Shown here piece by piece: positions 10,401 through 22,797 of a stretch of DNA of 34,263 nt. The stretch lies in the NCBI GenBank assembly GCA_013115125.1, contig JABANN010000377.1:1-34263 (forward strand). Direction: 5' to 3'. The notes beneath the pieces were generated by a model. It did not search any database. It was not told the DNA's origin and worked only from the letters and a program-made list of their open reading frames with translations. Position 1 is the stretch's first letter. Each line of letters begins with the position of its first letter. Source of the DNA: Perkinsus olseni (Eukaryota). Position numbers and translations under genes: made by a program.

Positions 10401-13024
10401 CGAAGATCTTCTCACACCTGCAGATGAAGGTGTGGCTCGGCAGCCACCAGCGTAGCTTACACGGCATCGTTATGCGCCACGAAATTGGCCATGGTCATAT
10501 CAGTACTCCAATCGAAGCCGAAGCCCGTCTCCTCCTGCGAGAGCCACGCCAGGGACGTATCTGGAGGGCCACTCCACGCCCAAGGCTGCACAAGCATCTG
10601 ACCTCGATGAGCGTTCTTGACGCAGCGCGGGCAGAACCAATCCATCTCCTGCTCGACTCTCACATCCGGGTATTGCTTCATGAGACATGATACGTGAAGG
10701 GTGCAATCACACGCCAGACCTGCGAGGACCTCACAGCCTTCGAATGCACACCAGCGTGGGCACATTTCAAATGGGGTCCCTCTCGCTCGGATTCCGGTAG
10801 GAGTAGTAGACAGCAAGCCTCGCAAAGGGCAACGCTGTCCCGGTCCTCGGCGGCGATGCTGAACTTCTCTGCTTGATCGAAGGTTGAACCGTTGGCCTGT
10901 GAGAAGATAAACGCAGACTCGTGACGGCTAGGATCCCACATTAAAGGGACTACCGAATGCTGCGCTCTGCTACCCACAGTTTGAAAAGTCGTGAGACTTG
11001 CTCATGCCGAGCTCTTCACGCGTTGATGTCTCATGGTCTCTGTGTTCGCTACGGGGCTCATCACGCTCAGAGTCGAATTGAGAACAACTGGTTACGAGCT
11101 CGCTCAGGTCGAACAAGTGACCAGAAGTCCTTCGAGTCGAAGGGCGTGGTTCGGTGAAGGGTGTACATGTCGAAGGCTTCGACATGTACAAAATTAATAC
11201 AGCAAGCCCGGCAGTTATGCTTTACCAACATCATCATCGATGAGCCCTCAGGGTTCGGGGCTTTGCGCTAACATACGCTTAGCTGCGCCAGAAAAGGTTC
11301 TGTCGAGGCTGTTGATCCATACGAGCTCCCGAGTTGGTATTGAGCATTGCATAAGAATTCCAGAGGAGAATAGGGTAGCACTCGTATTAGCTTCGGCGAT
11401 ACGCTCAGCATTCTCGCCAACGGTTTTTGTATAACTGCGTTGCCGTTAGCTGTTCTCCTGCTACAGGAGCTGGAGGAGGAGGAGAGCTCATGGCTCGCCA
11501 AGCGGGTAGCGGCAAAAGTATACACTAGGTGTGAGGAAACGATGGCCCCTCACCTTAAGAAAGAGCAACTCGTTCGCAGAGAACACGTCCTTTGACCTCA
11601 TCCCCTCGGCTGTACCATCGGACGGCACGTTCTCCACAGTAAACGTCTTCTTCTCTCGTCGTAAGACAGTAGTAGTGTACCTTATTGCCTTCATGGACGA
11701 CATCGAGCACCCTTGCGACGTACTTGATAGGACCACGGCCCCTCCCCTCGAGAATCTGGACCCTGCAGAAGGTGTCCCCTAGCTTCACAGCCTCGGCCGT
11801 GGTCCGTATCTCCCCGCAGCACGCCTTACTATCGGCAAGGGCACTGCAGGGGTTTAATATATATGATTCGTACTGAAGGGAAAAATAAGATTCTACAATG
11901 GCTGACCTCGCCGGCGCCCTACTCCCTTGATCCAGGCGTCGTAGATTCGCCTTATCTGCTCGATCACTCGAGGCTCCACTTCCTTCACGTATCCGCAATG
12001 TAACCTCAGAGAAGCCCTCGCGATACCCTCCCAATCTCCGCGATGCTCTCGCCAGGAATTGAACCTGCGCCCCCATCCTTCGCGGCTGCGGCAGCACCCG
12101 ATGCTCACATTGTGAATAGACTTATACGAACTGTCTGTTGTTCATCCGAGTCGTTCTCAGCAACTCCGCACAGTCGCATACGTTTCACCGAGCCCCCAGC
12201 TGGCTGATGACTTAACCGGAGATGGGGTACTTGGGCACAGAAGGGCAAGGGTTCGCCACGTATGAACCTGGACACTCACATCCCGCGTGAGAATCACTCT
12301 CACCGGACCACCTGATTAAGCGTAGTTTCTTCTCGAATATTGAGTCCTGCCGTCGCAATCCCCCTATTTGTGAGATATGCTGGACCCTCGGGCGGAATCT
12401 CATGGTAGGGTTCTTCCAGATTCGGTAGGTACTAAACAGGAAAAGAGCGCAAGATACGCAGGGACGCCCTGTGGTCACCCTCCCACCTGAGTCTTGACGA
12501 CTCCTCCTCAAGTCTGGTACGCTGTGGCGGACTGAAAGAACAACACCTCTACGTCTCGTGCGCACTCGGTCATTCGGTCCACCTGGTTGTGAGAGGATCT
12601 CCTAGGGCCCTCCAAGGTCCGAGCCAAGAAGGTGGCGGTTTTATGATCACGACACCGTACGACTGTCCGTATCTGTCGGTACACCCGTTTCGAGTCCGAT
12701 TTGGGCAAATGATGGTACCACGTTACTTGGCATGAAGCTTTATGAAGAATTCATAAGGGTCATCGAACTCCTCGGCTGATGCATAGTAAACCGGCGAAGG
12801 CGGGATTATCGACGACGAGGCCTGTGACCAGCAACAAGATTTTCACAGACGCAGCCCTGGCAGTCCCGCCCGAGTCCCCATGAGTAGCAGCAGCGGGGAA
12901 GGCTCACATCTGGCTCCAATCCACCATGGCTACTCTCAGCTGCACTATCCTGCTCACGCTTATTGGTCACGGTGGCTGGGAGGTGCTGCTGCTGCTGTTC
13001 ATGTAATGGGAGTGAAGGAAGCAT
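7443..13024 (-). CDS. KDM5/JARID1-like histone lysine demethylase (JmjN-ARID-PHD-JmjC-C5HC2 zinc finger), many exons; ends approximate
   Basis: JmjN: PSPVYYASAEEFDDPYEFFIKL..YGVVIIKPPPSW..FRPRVQHISQI. ARID-like: WEGIARASLRL..IEQIRRIYDAW. PHD: CEAC..C..YHVSCL..DWFCPRC followed by ETGFGF. JmjC: VEEVFWRVV..YGNDLDS..WSLRTLPLLPDSVL..DITGVTRPWVYLG..SAFCWHAEDQYLYSIN..KIWYSVP..IVLTLPGAYHGGLNAGVNLAEAVN. C5HC2: CCICRQFCSIVAGECRDC..YCNLH..CCGH. Confidence 0.9.
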
Positions 13025-13207
13025 GGAACTCCTGTAGCGGTAACTTATCCGGCAATGATACAGAGCCCTTCCGTGGATTGTAGACGGCATATCGATCAAG
13101 ACGTCATAGCTGAACAACGCCCAACGAGGACAGCATGCGTGCTGAGGGAAAACACAGTGCGACACGTGAGCTGAATTTTAGGGCGCGCGCGGTACGTGGC
13201 GGCGCAC

Positions 13208-13588
13208 TTACGTGGCTTCTAAGGCTGTCCTCCTATTATGACCTGTCCAACTTCGTGAGTGTGGTGTTCCGGTGCAAAGTCCAAGCGTCTGATAGGTTGA
13301 TGGCAGAGGCTGCGATGATAGACGAAAAGAATTGTGTGTAACTGATTGGGTCTCAACGTACGGATGCTTGGGTCTTCGGACGTATCTAGAGGTCGTCGGC
13401 TCACACCCACAGCGGTAGTTGAGAGGGACCAGGCAGCCACGAATATCGGCGACCAGCCCACCGATCATGATTCGGGGGAACACAAGAAAGTAGCCATAGA
13501 CCAGTGCCACAAGAGGCATGATACATGGGAAGGAGAAGGGATGAATATCCCTAACACGATATGAATGTAACGAATCCTGACTACTCAT
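13208..13588 (-). CDS. Possible small hypothetical protein with one hydrophobic stretch
   Basis: The ATG at 13588 follows a pyrimidine-rich cccttcccttcctag site just after the RCC1 stop. The ORF includes IMPLVALVYGYFLVFPRIMIGGLV. No family recognised and splicing is unresolved. Confidence 0.25.
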   Translation of the reverse strand: MSSQDSLHSYRVRDIHPFSFPCIMPLVALVYGYFLVFPRIMIGGLVADIRGCLVPLNYRCGCEPTTSRYVRRPKHPYVETQSVTHNSFRLSSQPLPSTYQTLGLCTGTPHSRSWTGHNRRTALEAT

Positions 13589-13621
13589 AGTGGCCGGGGG
13601 CTAGGAAGGGAAGGGTCAACC

Positions 13622-14800
13622 TCAGGATGGTGCGAAGCTCAGAAAGACGGCCGAAGCAGCTACCGCGACTCGAGCTATGGTCCTCTTCGAGAAAGGGGAC
13701 GTCCGGCTCGAAAGGACCTCTGTCGGCGTGAAATGCTCGGCAACAGGCATGTCACTGTGAAGGGCGCTTTCACTCTCGGTTTTATGAGCACCTGGGTTAC
13801 GGGCAATAGGGATGTCTTGCACGTCAGCGCCAAGTGAAAGAAATGCTCCCCAGACGAAGAGAGTGCCGGTAACGGTGAGGCAACAGGCCGTTTCAGGGCC
13901 GCATGAGATGAGGGAAACTCTATCGGGGAGTGGTACACGCGAAGGGGTTCTCAACAGCTTTACACCCTCGCCGTACCCCAGCTCCCCTCTGCGACCAGAC
14001 CCGAAGGATAATACAGAACCATCATGACGCAAACAAAGGGAAAAGATACCACCACAGGCAACGTCCTTGGTAGCCTTGCCTCGCAAAGCAACCACTTCGG
14101 TTGGGACGGCTGCATACAACTGCTGCCCACCAATACCCAGCTGACCCTGGGAGTTGTCACCGACTCCGAAGATCCTTCCTCCCTCACAGACAAAAAGGGC
14201 ATGCTTCCACCCCGCGGCCATCGTCAAGACTTTGCGAGTCATCGGCAGCAGTCGTAGTCTGGGAGTCAAAGCGGGGTCGTTGAATAGCGCCCGAGCGTCG
14301 GCCTCGGTGATAGGATTGAGCCGCCTGGCGAGGTCCACTGCGGGCATGCTTCTATCGTGGTCTGGCACCCCAGGCTGAACGCGATACAGCAGGTGGCGGT
14401 CCGTTAAATAGAGCACCATTCCAGTGGACAGAAGCCAATACACAGAATGGGCAATCTCGACGACCTTTATGAAGTTGCCTTCGCGACAAAAGGACGCGAG
14501 TTCGGCTGGACAACCGATCTCGGCTGGTGGGAGGGGGCTGTGCAAGACGACTAACCCTGACGGAAGGAACAGTCACGGCGAAGGCACCATGCAGGAAGGT
14601 GATGCTCGTCTCACCGTCGCGAGCCCTCCTGGAATGAGTAGCATCATCGGCGCTGAATGGCAACGACCAGTGGATACCACAGTCAGTCTTGTTCGGGTTC
14701 GTACCAGAATTCGAAGTGACGTACCTAGGGATAGGATGACGTATTGTGGAGAGGGGCCGTGAAGCGTCGGCTGTGCCGCCCCAAGGTGCCCATCGACTAT
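13622..14800 (-). CDS. RCC1/BLIP-II repeat (beta-propeller) protein; 5' exons and start uncertain
   Basis: RCC1 repeats: MAAGWKHALFVCEGGRIFGVGDNSQGQLGIG; VACGGIFSLCLRHDGSVLSFGSGRRGELGYG; ISCGPETACCLTVTGTLFVWG. A small upstream exon (ADDATHSRRARDG) splices in phase. Confidence 0.85.
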
Positions 14801-14933
14801 TCCTTTCGGGCAGCCTATCAGCCTAGTACAAAAAAAGGATGATAAACTAACGACAACTTGAGAGTGACTCTTCTCAGTTGTCCTCTTCAACGCAGACAGG
14901 ATTCGGCCGAGGTTGGGAGTCAGTCACCGTGGG

Positions 14934-17291
14934 TTACAGTGCACTCAGGGTCCTAGCGGATGATGACCATCTGTACGGCCGTCCCTCCCTGTCCTCGTCT
15001 ATAGGGAAAGTAGTCAGCACAAAATCCTCAGTGTGAGGATTGTAAACGTAGAGACCCGCATGGCCACAGAGCAAGTGGACCTGAGCACCTAGTACGGGAG
15101 GGTGAGACTCAAAGCCGGTCTGACCTCCCCGGTAGCGATGGACGTTCTGAGGTAGCGGACACGCCGGGCCACCTTCCTACGGTTCAAAGGAGGCCAGAAC
15201 CACCAAGCCATGCCACCATCCGTACCACGCCCCAAGTAGACACAAAATCTGAGATCGTGCAGACTGCGAGTCACTGCCTTTCTGGCTGCGAAAACTGGAG
15301 AAGGGAGTCGCGTCTTACTCTCCATCAGGAAGCTGCTCTTGAGGCCTCTCCCTAGCTGGCCTGCTCACTGCTCGACGTCGTGATTTCAGTACTTTCTTCT
15401 CCGCCTGCCCGGCCGCCGCCGACGACCCTGAGTGGTCGCATACCAGAGACCCCCTCCCTCTCCCTACCAGGACCCGACACTCCCTGCTCCGATACTCGAG
15501 CGAGAGACGGCGAGCAGAACAGCCTCATGGATGTCGGGTTGCTGTCACCCCAGACATGATCTGGATTCAAGCAACAGTCAGAGGGGCGATCATCACAACA
15601 GTTAACAGGCCTACTACCAAAGTCACGCCGAGCGCAGAGCCTCAACGACAAGAGGCTCAAGTCCCCTGTGAGGGCTTGGGCAGTGGTACTGATCTGGTCC
15701 ATCTCATACCGACGATAGGCAGCAGCCACCGGTATCTTGAGAGGACTTCGAGTGCCCTTTCATTAACTCCTCCTTACGAACTGTATGCTTTTACATCTAT
15801 CGGTACCACCGGGGCGTCAACCTCGGTGAGTTGGCCGCGGCAATGGGACATGATCCCTACGAACTCTGTCTCATCGACAGTCGATAGTGCAGCGAGGGCT
15901 GCCTCAGACCCTCTATTGAGTCCCTCCTCTCCGTCTTGGCTGAGAGTCTTTATCAATGACCTCACCTACCACAGTCCATGCTGCGCAATCAGTCCTACCG
16001 TAGCCTACTATCGTTGAGGGTACTCCACCTGTCCCACTAGCATCCAGTAGTCGGAAGAGCCCTGAAGACAGCGGCGCATGCCCCATGCTGTTATAGCAAC
16101 ACTTACGTACGTCGAAGGTCCTGCTCCTCGAGGAAGGTGATCTGCCGAATACCCCGCAGGTTCCGAGTCTTCAACCAACTCTGAACTGTCGTTAGTTCGG
16201 CCACGTCTGAGGACCAGCAGCGATTCGGACAGCAAGGCTGGACCGAAGAGCAGTACTTGGCCTCACAAGAGGGCACTGGACCTCCTCCCATCTCCTCACG
16301 GCACGAGGGATGCTCAGTCGACGCGCTTGCAATAATCGTGTTACCCTCCCAACCGAGCGGGCAGGGGCGGTCGACGGCCTCTGACTGTCCATTACCTCCG
16401 TGGGACTTTACTTGTCACGTTCGTTCGCTCTGTCACTCGAGACCCAACACTACCATGATAACGCAACAACCTCGGGGCTTAACAAAATCAACGGTGACAC
16501 ATTAGAGGCGGCAGAGCAATATGAGCTTATCAACTAAATCGTCTTCGTGGATCGAGAGTAGGCCACCAGGGCTGATATCACAGCCCGGCCTCTGGCATGG
16601 TAGGCAAAACTCGAATAACTCATCGAGGGTGCTGCTGACAGAGCCGGAGAGGCAGCGGAAGGCTGTATCTGAGGCGATCATAGGGCAGGTGATAGGGTGT
16701 AGGCTCCTACGCTGGCTCCTACCCGGAAAGGGAAGGAGCGCGCTTTGTCCTGGACGATTCTCCGAGTTGCTTCTCTTCTACCCTTAGCCATGTAGGCTGC
16801 TATGGCCCAGGCGGCGAATGCGATCGAGACCCCCGCTGCTACTGATACCCACAGAGATGTACTGTTGGCCTCATCTGCAGGACTGAGGAGGAGGCCGATA
16901 GTCGGTGAAGCAGGGAGTCCATGGTCTAGATGGGGCGTAGTACCTTCCTCGACCTTCTGGGCCCGACGAGGTTAGTGACTCATCATCCCCCAACAAGGGA
17001 ACTGTCGACACTTTGTCACACTTGCTGCATCGCACCGTCGGGTCCAGCACAAGCTGACGGCATCGATGACATATAGGGTGTCCACAGGAGCTCAGCGGAA
17101 CCTGACGGGAGGCCAAGCCACCTCCAGGAAGGGCATCCTGGAAGTCTGAGCTCTACCATTCCAGAGGCTGATCGGCCGCATACAGCGCAGTCCGAAGCTC
17201 CCGACAACAGAGTCTCCTCGTCATCCGACGGTACCGGTGTTGCCGCTGCAGGATCAGTGACGATCGTGAGACTTTCGGTGGTATCAGACAT
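14934..17291 (-). CDS. RING-finger (C3HC4) protein, putative E3 ligase; multi-exon, 3' end approximate
   Basis: MSDTTESL...CAVCGRSASGM|VPLSSCGHPICHRCRQLVLDPTVRCSKC gives C-x2-C..C-x-H-x2-C-x2-C..C-x2-C across one intron. Further minus-strand exons with GT-AG boundaries run to ...GLYVYNPHTEDFVLTTF...SAL* near 14934. Confidence 0.65.
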
Positions 17292-17459
17292 GGTGGGCTA
17301 AGAGAATGACGGAGAATGACGCACCGGGAAGAGGTACGAAAGAGTAACAACCCGACGGCTTTGGGAATCTTGAAAATGATTGTAAAAATGGCAAGTTGGG
17401 TATTATATGTACTTCACCTAGAGCACCGAGCACAATTTCAGAGGACAAGCATCAACACC

Positions 17460-18941
17460 TCAGTGGTAAGGGCTGACCACGCCGCGAATGGGAGCCCCTT
17501 GGAGCGTTGACGTGACCATTCTGAGGAAGTCGTCTCCTATCGACCGTCCAATGTACATAAGGACCTGAAACGAGGCCGAGTAGTGCCGCGACGGTTCCGG
17601 GCGTGGCTCGGTTACCAGTGCTATCCACCATAGCAGATAGGGTCCCCAGTAGATTTCACACCGCAGTTTGTCGGTGGAGTTCAAGGCAGAGTTCATCACC
17701 ACTATACTCACTGTGGCCACATCCCACATAACCCAAAACCTCAACTGCCTCAGCCAGCTGGCCAGGCCCCAGCAGGAACGGCCGATCGAAGTATGGGCTG
17801 TGATGCAAGGCAAGACCCTCAGAGCCAACGGAGGCACTAGTGATACCACCATCCACAGTACTAACCTGACCAAGGCCACATCCGGTGTGCTATGGCGAAG
17901 AGGTGCTCACTCCAAAGCTGGGAGTCCCCATACGAAGACGGCAAGGACCGGTAGGGCTATGGGGTGATTATGGTATAGAATAGTCATAGCGCTCCAAAGG
18001 CTGACGTCCTTCTTATCGATATCCCTACCATTGAGGGTGATGGCCAGAGCACAGAAGCTGAATGACAAGTCACACTGGTATGCTGCATACTCTAACCCGT
18101 TGGTAGAGTACGTTACCTTATGTGAGAGGCAACGGCCCAACTAGCCAAGGCCAGACCGTTGACACTGAACGTAAGTCCTCGGCGCCACTCCGGTCTGACC
18201 TGCGCGGAGACGCTGAGCAAGTAGAAGCCCCTCGTTCGGGTACCCAGGAGTGGTCCTCTCGGTCGCGGGGGGATGCATGGACGAGCATTGCCGCAGCGGT
18301 AGAGACTAGGCAGTATCCGACAAAACATGAGAAGCCTGCGTGCAGCTCGGTCGTTATCAGGCCCTGAGAGCAGGCCCATGTTGCTAGAGCTAAGATGACC
18401 GAGGCAGCTCACTTCCACCGCTACGGACAGGAAGGCCATGAGGAAGGCCACGACGATAGCATCGGTCGTGGCCCACTTGGAGATGTACTGCACTATGTGT
18501 ATCAATACTGGGTTCTCATAATAAACTGATAGTCGCCATAATAGCAACTTCACAGCGGGGACCTGAGGGCTTGAACTGATGAGGTTGCGAGGGAGGTCAG
18601 CTCACCACTAGGGCAAAGAAGGCCAGGAGAATTGCAGGCACCAGATAGCCATCGTCCCAAAGCAAAGTGATGGTCGTGAGCGTTGACTTGGTGATTTCAG
18701 TGCCGAAGAAGCTGTAGCTGTAGAGGTTTATAGTGAGGCCCGGCAAGAGTATGGCATACGCTATGACCTGCACTCAACGCGTACGATGAGGGCGGTGACC
18801 AGGGCTCACAAACAGAACTATTCCGGTCCAATATTTCAAGGAGTGGACCGTCCCAACGGGCAACTGAGAGTCGCCGGGCTCCCATATCATGGGTATTATA
18901 TCATCATCGGGGGCCACGACAGGGATGGAGGCGGAGGCCAT
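17460..18941 (-). CDS. Multi-pass membrane protein with two PqiA (paraquat-inducible protein A)-like domains
   Basis: MASASIPVVAPDDD...KYWTGIVLF|VIAYAILLPGLTINLY..KSTLTTITLLWDDGYLVPAILLAFFALV|VPAVKLLL..VQYISKWATTDAIVVAFLMAFL. A second copy reads VSLWSAMTILYHNHPIALPVLAVFVWGLP..QLRFWVMWDVATVSIVV. Both match the PqiA pattern of S/T-x3-I-x2-LW followed by [KR]WSMxDVxVV. Confidence 0.75.
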
Positions 18942-19022
18942 GACCAGAAACTAACCCCTGATCGAATTGCTGACAGAACGCAACAACACAAGAGAGATGG
19001 AAAAAGCCAGTACTGCTGATCC

Positions 19023-19398
19023 ACCAACGGCCGGCCTGCAGTGCTGCAGCCGGTAGTTGTAGAGGGAGTGGAGGTTGGCCGCTGTCATCACCTTCTGGTG
19101 TGGCATCCTCGATAGCAGACTCGGCTGGGTCTGGATCGGCCTTGGGGCTGACAAGATACCCAAAAGCCTGACGGACCACTCCAGGACTTGTGAGACTCTT
19201 CGAACGGTGAGGGCGGCGATTTTGGGAGGATTTCCGCAGCCTTTCACGTCGCCTTGCACGATCATCTTCGGCCACCACATATTTAGGGTACGTGTAAGGC
19301 GTCCAAATCTTCTTCAACTTATCAAAGTCGAGTGACTTGAGATACCGTACATGCTTCGCTGTGAAGGGGGCGTCCAGTAACAGCGGGTTCTCATGCCA
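19023..19398 (-). pseudogene. 376-bp direct duplicate of an internal coding segment (25824-26199) of the PI4K-like gene
   Basis: Ungapped alignment at offset 6801 with 16 substitutions counted by hand (about 96% identity). It encodes WHENPLLLDAPFTAKHVRYLKSLDF...LQAGRW. The flanks are unrelated to the source gene. Confidence 0.92.
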
Positions 19399-19782
19399 CG
19401 GGGCTCGACATAACTGGCCCGCCACGCTCGCTCAGGGTTTTTCTAATACGAGAGAGTGCAACACCGATTCCTGACGGGCACATCCTCACGCTTTCCGTGC
19501 ACCCTATATCTGGTTCGACCACTACCAAGTTGCTACTTGTGTTAGAGATGGTACTGACCACACTCACTGCCCACCCATAGTGAATGAAACACAACCCTTC
19601 ATAGTCTGTCACAAGTGTCTTTTATCCGCAATCGGTGGAAACAGATGCCTTCCAGGTGGGCGAGTGGGAATAACGTTCATTGGCTTTCTGTTCTTGGACC
19701 TAGCGTCCGATGGAATACTCGAGGGCATCTGAAGTGGGGGCGGGTAGAATAAAGTGGATTGCGGGTCACCCGCAGCACTACC

Positions 19783-22424
19783 CTATCGGGTGTAGACAAG
19801 ATCGTCAATCTTCATAATCATCCTAACAGTCTCGGAGGCACCACGGATGGCACTCAAGGACACCAACAGAGGCTGCAAAACCTGGAAGAATTATCATTCG
19901 AACGACCCTGGTTCGATCCCAACACCCTGCACATACCTTCAAATTCTTAGCCATATCCTCCTCCACCTTACCCTTCCTCACATCAATACCAGCAAACCTA
20001 GCCCCGTCCGCGTGAGCAGCACCTAGCAGCATCCCATAGTCGCCAAAAAACCGACATTCCGAGAAATTACGAAGTTGCGTGACAATCTCAACCGGTGCCA
20101 GACCAGCATTCTCAGCGAGCGTGTAGGGGATGATCTCCAAGGCCTCGGCGAAGGCCCGGACGCAGTAGGCCTCAACCCCCTTGAGCTCTCGCCTGGTCCA
20201 CTGGCTGAGGCGAACCTAAGCGGATAACAACATCCGGTAAAGGCGATAGTGGCGATGGTAGTACGCTGAGTTCCATCTCGACACTGCCGCCACCAGGCAG
20301 AACGGCAGGCTTCTTCACAAGGGAACGTACGACACACAAGGCGTCATGAAGGGACCTCTCGGCTTCGTCAAGGGTCTGATGAGGGGAATGATGATATAAG
20401 AGCAGAGAGATGATCATCAGGGGTTACCAAGGAGTTGGTGCCTCTTAACAAAATTGATACACACTTAGACGTGTTGAGCTTGGGCAGACCAGTGAAGCGG
20501 ATGACAGTGCCAAGGCCGGACCCCAAGGGCTCCTCACGGCTGAGAACATTGACCAGTGGGAATAAAAGTGTAACCAGCAGGGGAGGCGTACACTAGCTTA
20601 GCATCACCAAGCTTGTCCTTAGTGAACTCCTTGAGACTGGCGACGGGCTCACATCCCAAAATTCGAGACAGGAAGTCGACATCGTCACGTTCGACATCAC
20701 GCACCTATCAAGAATACCGCAAGGGATGGTACGAGGCATCGGCAGACAGCATCAGACACTACCACTAGAATCTTGGCCTTAGCACAGAAGTCCAGACTAA
20801 GATTAGTCACGGCATCGCGGAGGATGGACTTCTGGACTAACAGCACCTGAATCGAGACCGCCCATGATGAACAGCGAATCGGCAAAGGCATCTTACGTTG
20901 CAGCCGGTCTTGGCGATGTGCTTGACCATCTTAGCAAGCTGGACACGTTCTTCTCTAAGAATACCTGAGGACCATGCTTCACAGTGTTCGCGTGGAGGTT
21001 GTTCGCCTACGGTCCATCTGAGCGTAGTCATTGACAGTAACGTTGTTCTCCATGTCCGTCTTGGGAGGAGACAGGCAGAATTGAATTAGACCGATCTTGG
21101 CATTCTCAATCTTAGTAGGGCCTGGCAAGAAGGGGGTCAAGACAGTGCAGTCTATCGGATGAGGCAGAACCGCCGACTAACCTCCAGCAACCTTGGCAAT
21201 CTTCTGGCTCATCACGAGTCCATCAACCAACTCGGAATCATCAATAGTCCCACCGAGTTTACGGCAAATACGTACCTGGGCTCGATACACGTTCTCCACG
21301 GGACTTCGTCTACTACAAACAACAGCTTACATCGTTGAGATCCACCGTGCCACCCTGCTGGTGATCTTCCGATAAATCGGCAACCTTCATAACCTACGGA
21401 CGCGAAAGGGGGCAGTACTGTACTAACAAGCGAATAGAGACTCCCTACTGCATCTACGGCCATAGGAGCCAGGAGGCTGGCAGATTGGGCCACGACCTTC
21501 GAGTTGAGGGAGGTGCCTGTATTACACCATAACAAGCCCTATCGATGCCTCGGTAAGGATACTCACTGGCACTGGTAATGAGGCTCTCCCTATCATCGAG
21601 ACTGATGGGAATACTCATATCGTCGAGGATTGCCTCGGCCTTCTGGGCAGCCAGAAGGAAGCCATCACTGATGGTGTTGGGGTGAATACCGCGGCTCAAA
21701 AGCTGAGATAAATCGTCTTTGAATCATCGCCAAATACTACTGTTATTACATTCTGGGCAGCGCCAAGGAGAGCACCAGCGATGACAACGACAGAAGTCGT
21801 ACCTGATGATCATGATACCTCCACGCCTCTCGGCCAGTCCAACAACAACACTACCATCTCCCGCCTCTATGTCCTGACTTTTGGATAGCTCAACAAGCAT
21901 CTTGGCGGTAGGATGCAGCACCGACATCTGAATATTCTTCGTTCCTGCACGGTGCTCCCACTAATGCTACTGCTCACCTCCTTAAGGATGGTAGCGCCAT
22001 CGTTGGTGATGACCACCTCCCCACTGGCCTCCTGAATCATCTTATCCATGCCTGAATCGGAAAGACTCTTCGTCAAGCAGGCATCGGTAATGCTGTACGG
22101 AAGCGCTTCCTCAAGTTCAAGTGGCGAAGCGACGACAGAATACGCCGTTAAGCTCAGTTGCGTCAGTACGAGTTTGGCAGTGGGACGAAATTTCACAGGC
22201 GAGTCTTAGGTTGACTCTAGGCCCCGACGTTTATCATCGATCATGTTCGTACCCCTAGGTCCAAGACTGGTCCTGACAGCATCTGCCACTGCCTTGGCCG
22301 CAATAATGTTCGAGGCACGCACATCTCGGGTCTTGGAATTATCAAGTCGAATGTCTCCCTTGTTAGAAGCGGTCTGCTGAGTGGGAGCAGCAGCAGCAGC
22401 TCCGTTGGTAGAAGAAGAAGACAT
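19783..22424 (-). CDS. CCT4: T-complex protein 1 subunit delta (chaperonin CCT4), many short introns
   Basis: [135 protein letters not shown]-terminus [16 protein letters not shown]. Confidence 0.96.
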
Positions 22425-22797
22425 ATTAAATTAGTTGTTATCCTAAGTACAGTCTGTGGAATGTTCCAGGCGCGAAGGCAAAGAAGCAGGCGTGGAGGAA
22501 TTGCAAGGTTGAGCAAGACGCCAAGTGTAGCGTTAAGCTGCAGCCTAAGACAACGCAGCCTGGCTTGACATGCGCACTGCAGCGGTTCACCATCGATGTG
22601 TTGTTCTCATTCTCAACTCAATCATCACTTGGCTCGTGTCTCATCATGGGCCTTCTGTGTACTCTATCCCTAGTCATCTGACCGTTGTTTCCCTTTTCTA
22701 TTGTCTAACTTCCTTTTAGCCCGTGCTAGCTCCGGTAAGACTTTGAGCTTTAGTTCATCTTGTTTTTTTACGAACATCAACCTTCTACTCAATCATC
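22425..22797. promoter_or_regulatory. Short divergent (head-to-head) intergenic region between CCT4 and V-ATPase G; putative bidirectional promoter and 5' UTRs
   Basis: 373 bp between opposing start codons. It contains pyrimidine tracts ending in AG (ctaactttccttttag, about 22705-22719). Confidence 0.5.

Noticed and set aside
15997-16006. ACCGTAGCC match to the start of the Perkinsus/dinoflagellate spliced leader (also TTGGCTC near 22629)
   Set aside because: Only 7-9 nt match and the rest of the leader is absent, so chance is sufficient.
18904-19425. 173-aa ORF as an independent or chimeric gene
   Set aside because: It is open only because of the duplicated fragment, has a non-ATG start and is out of frame with the PqiA-like gene.
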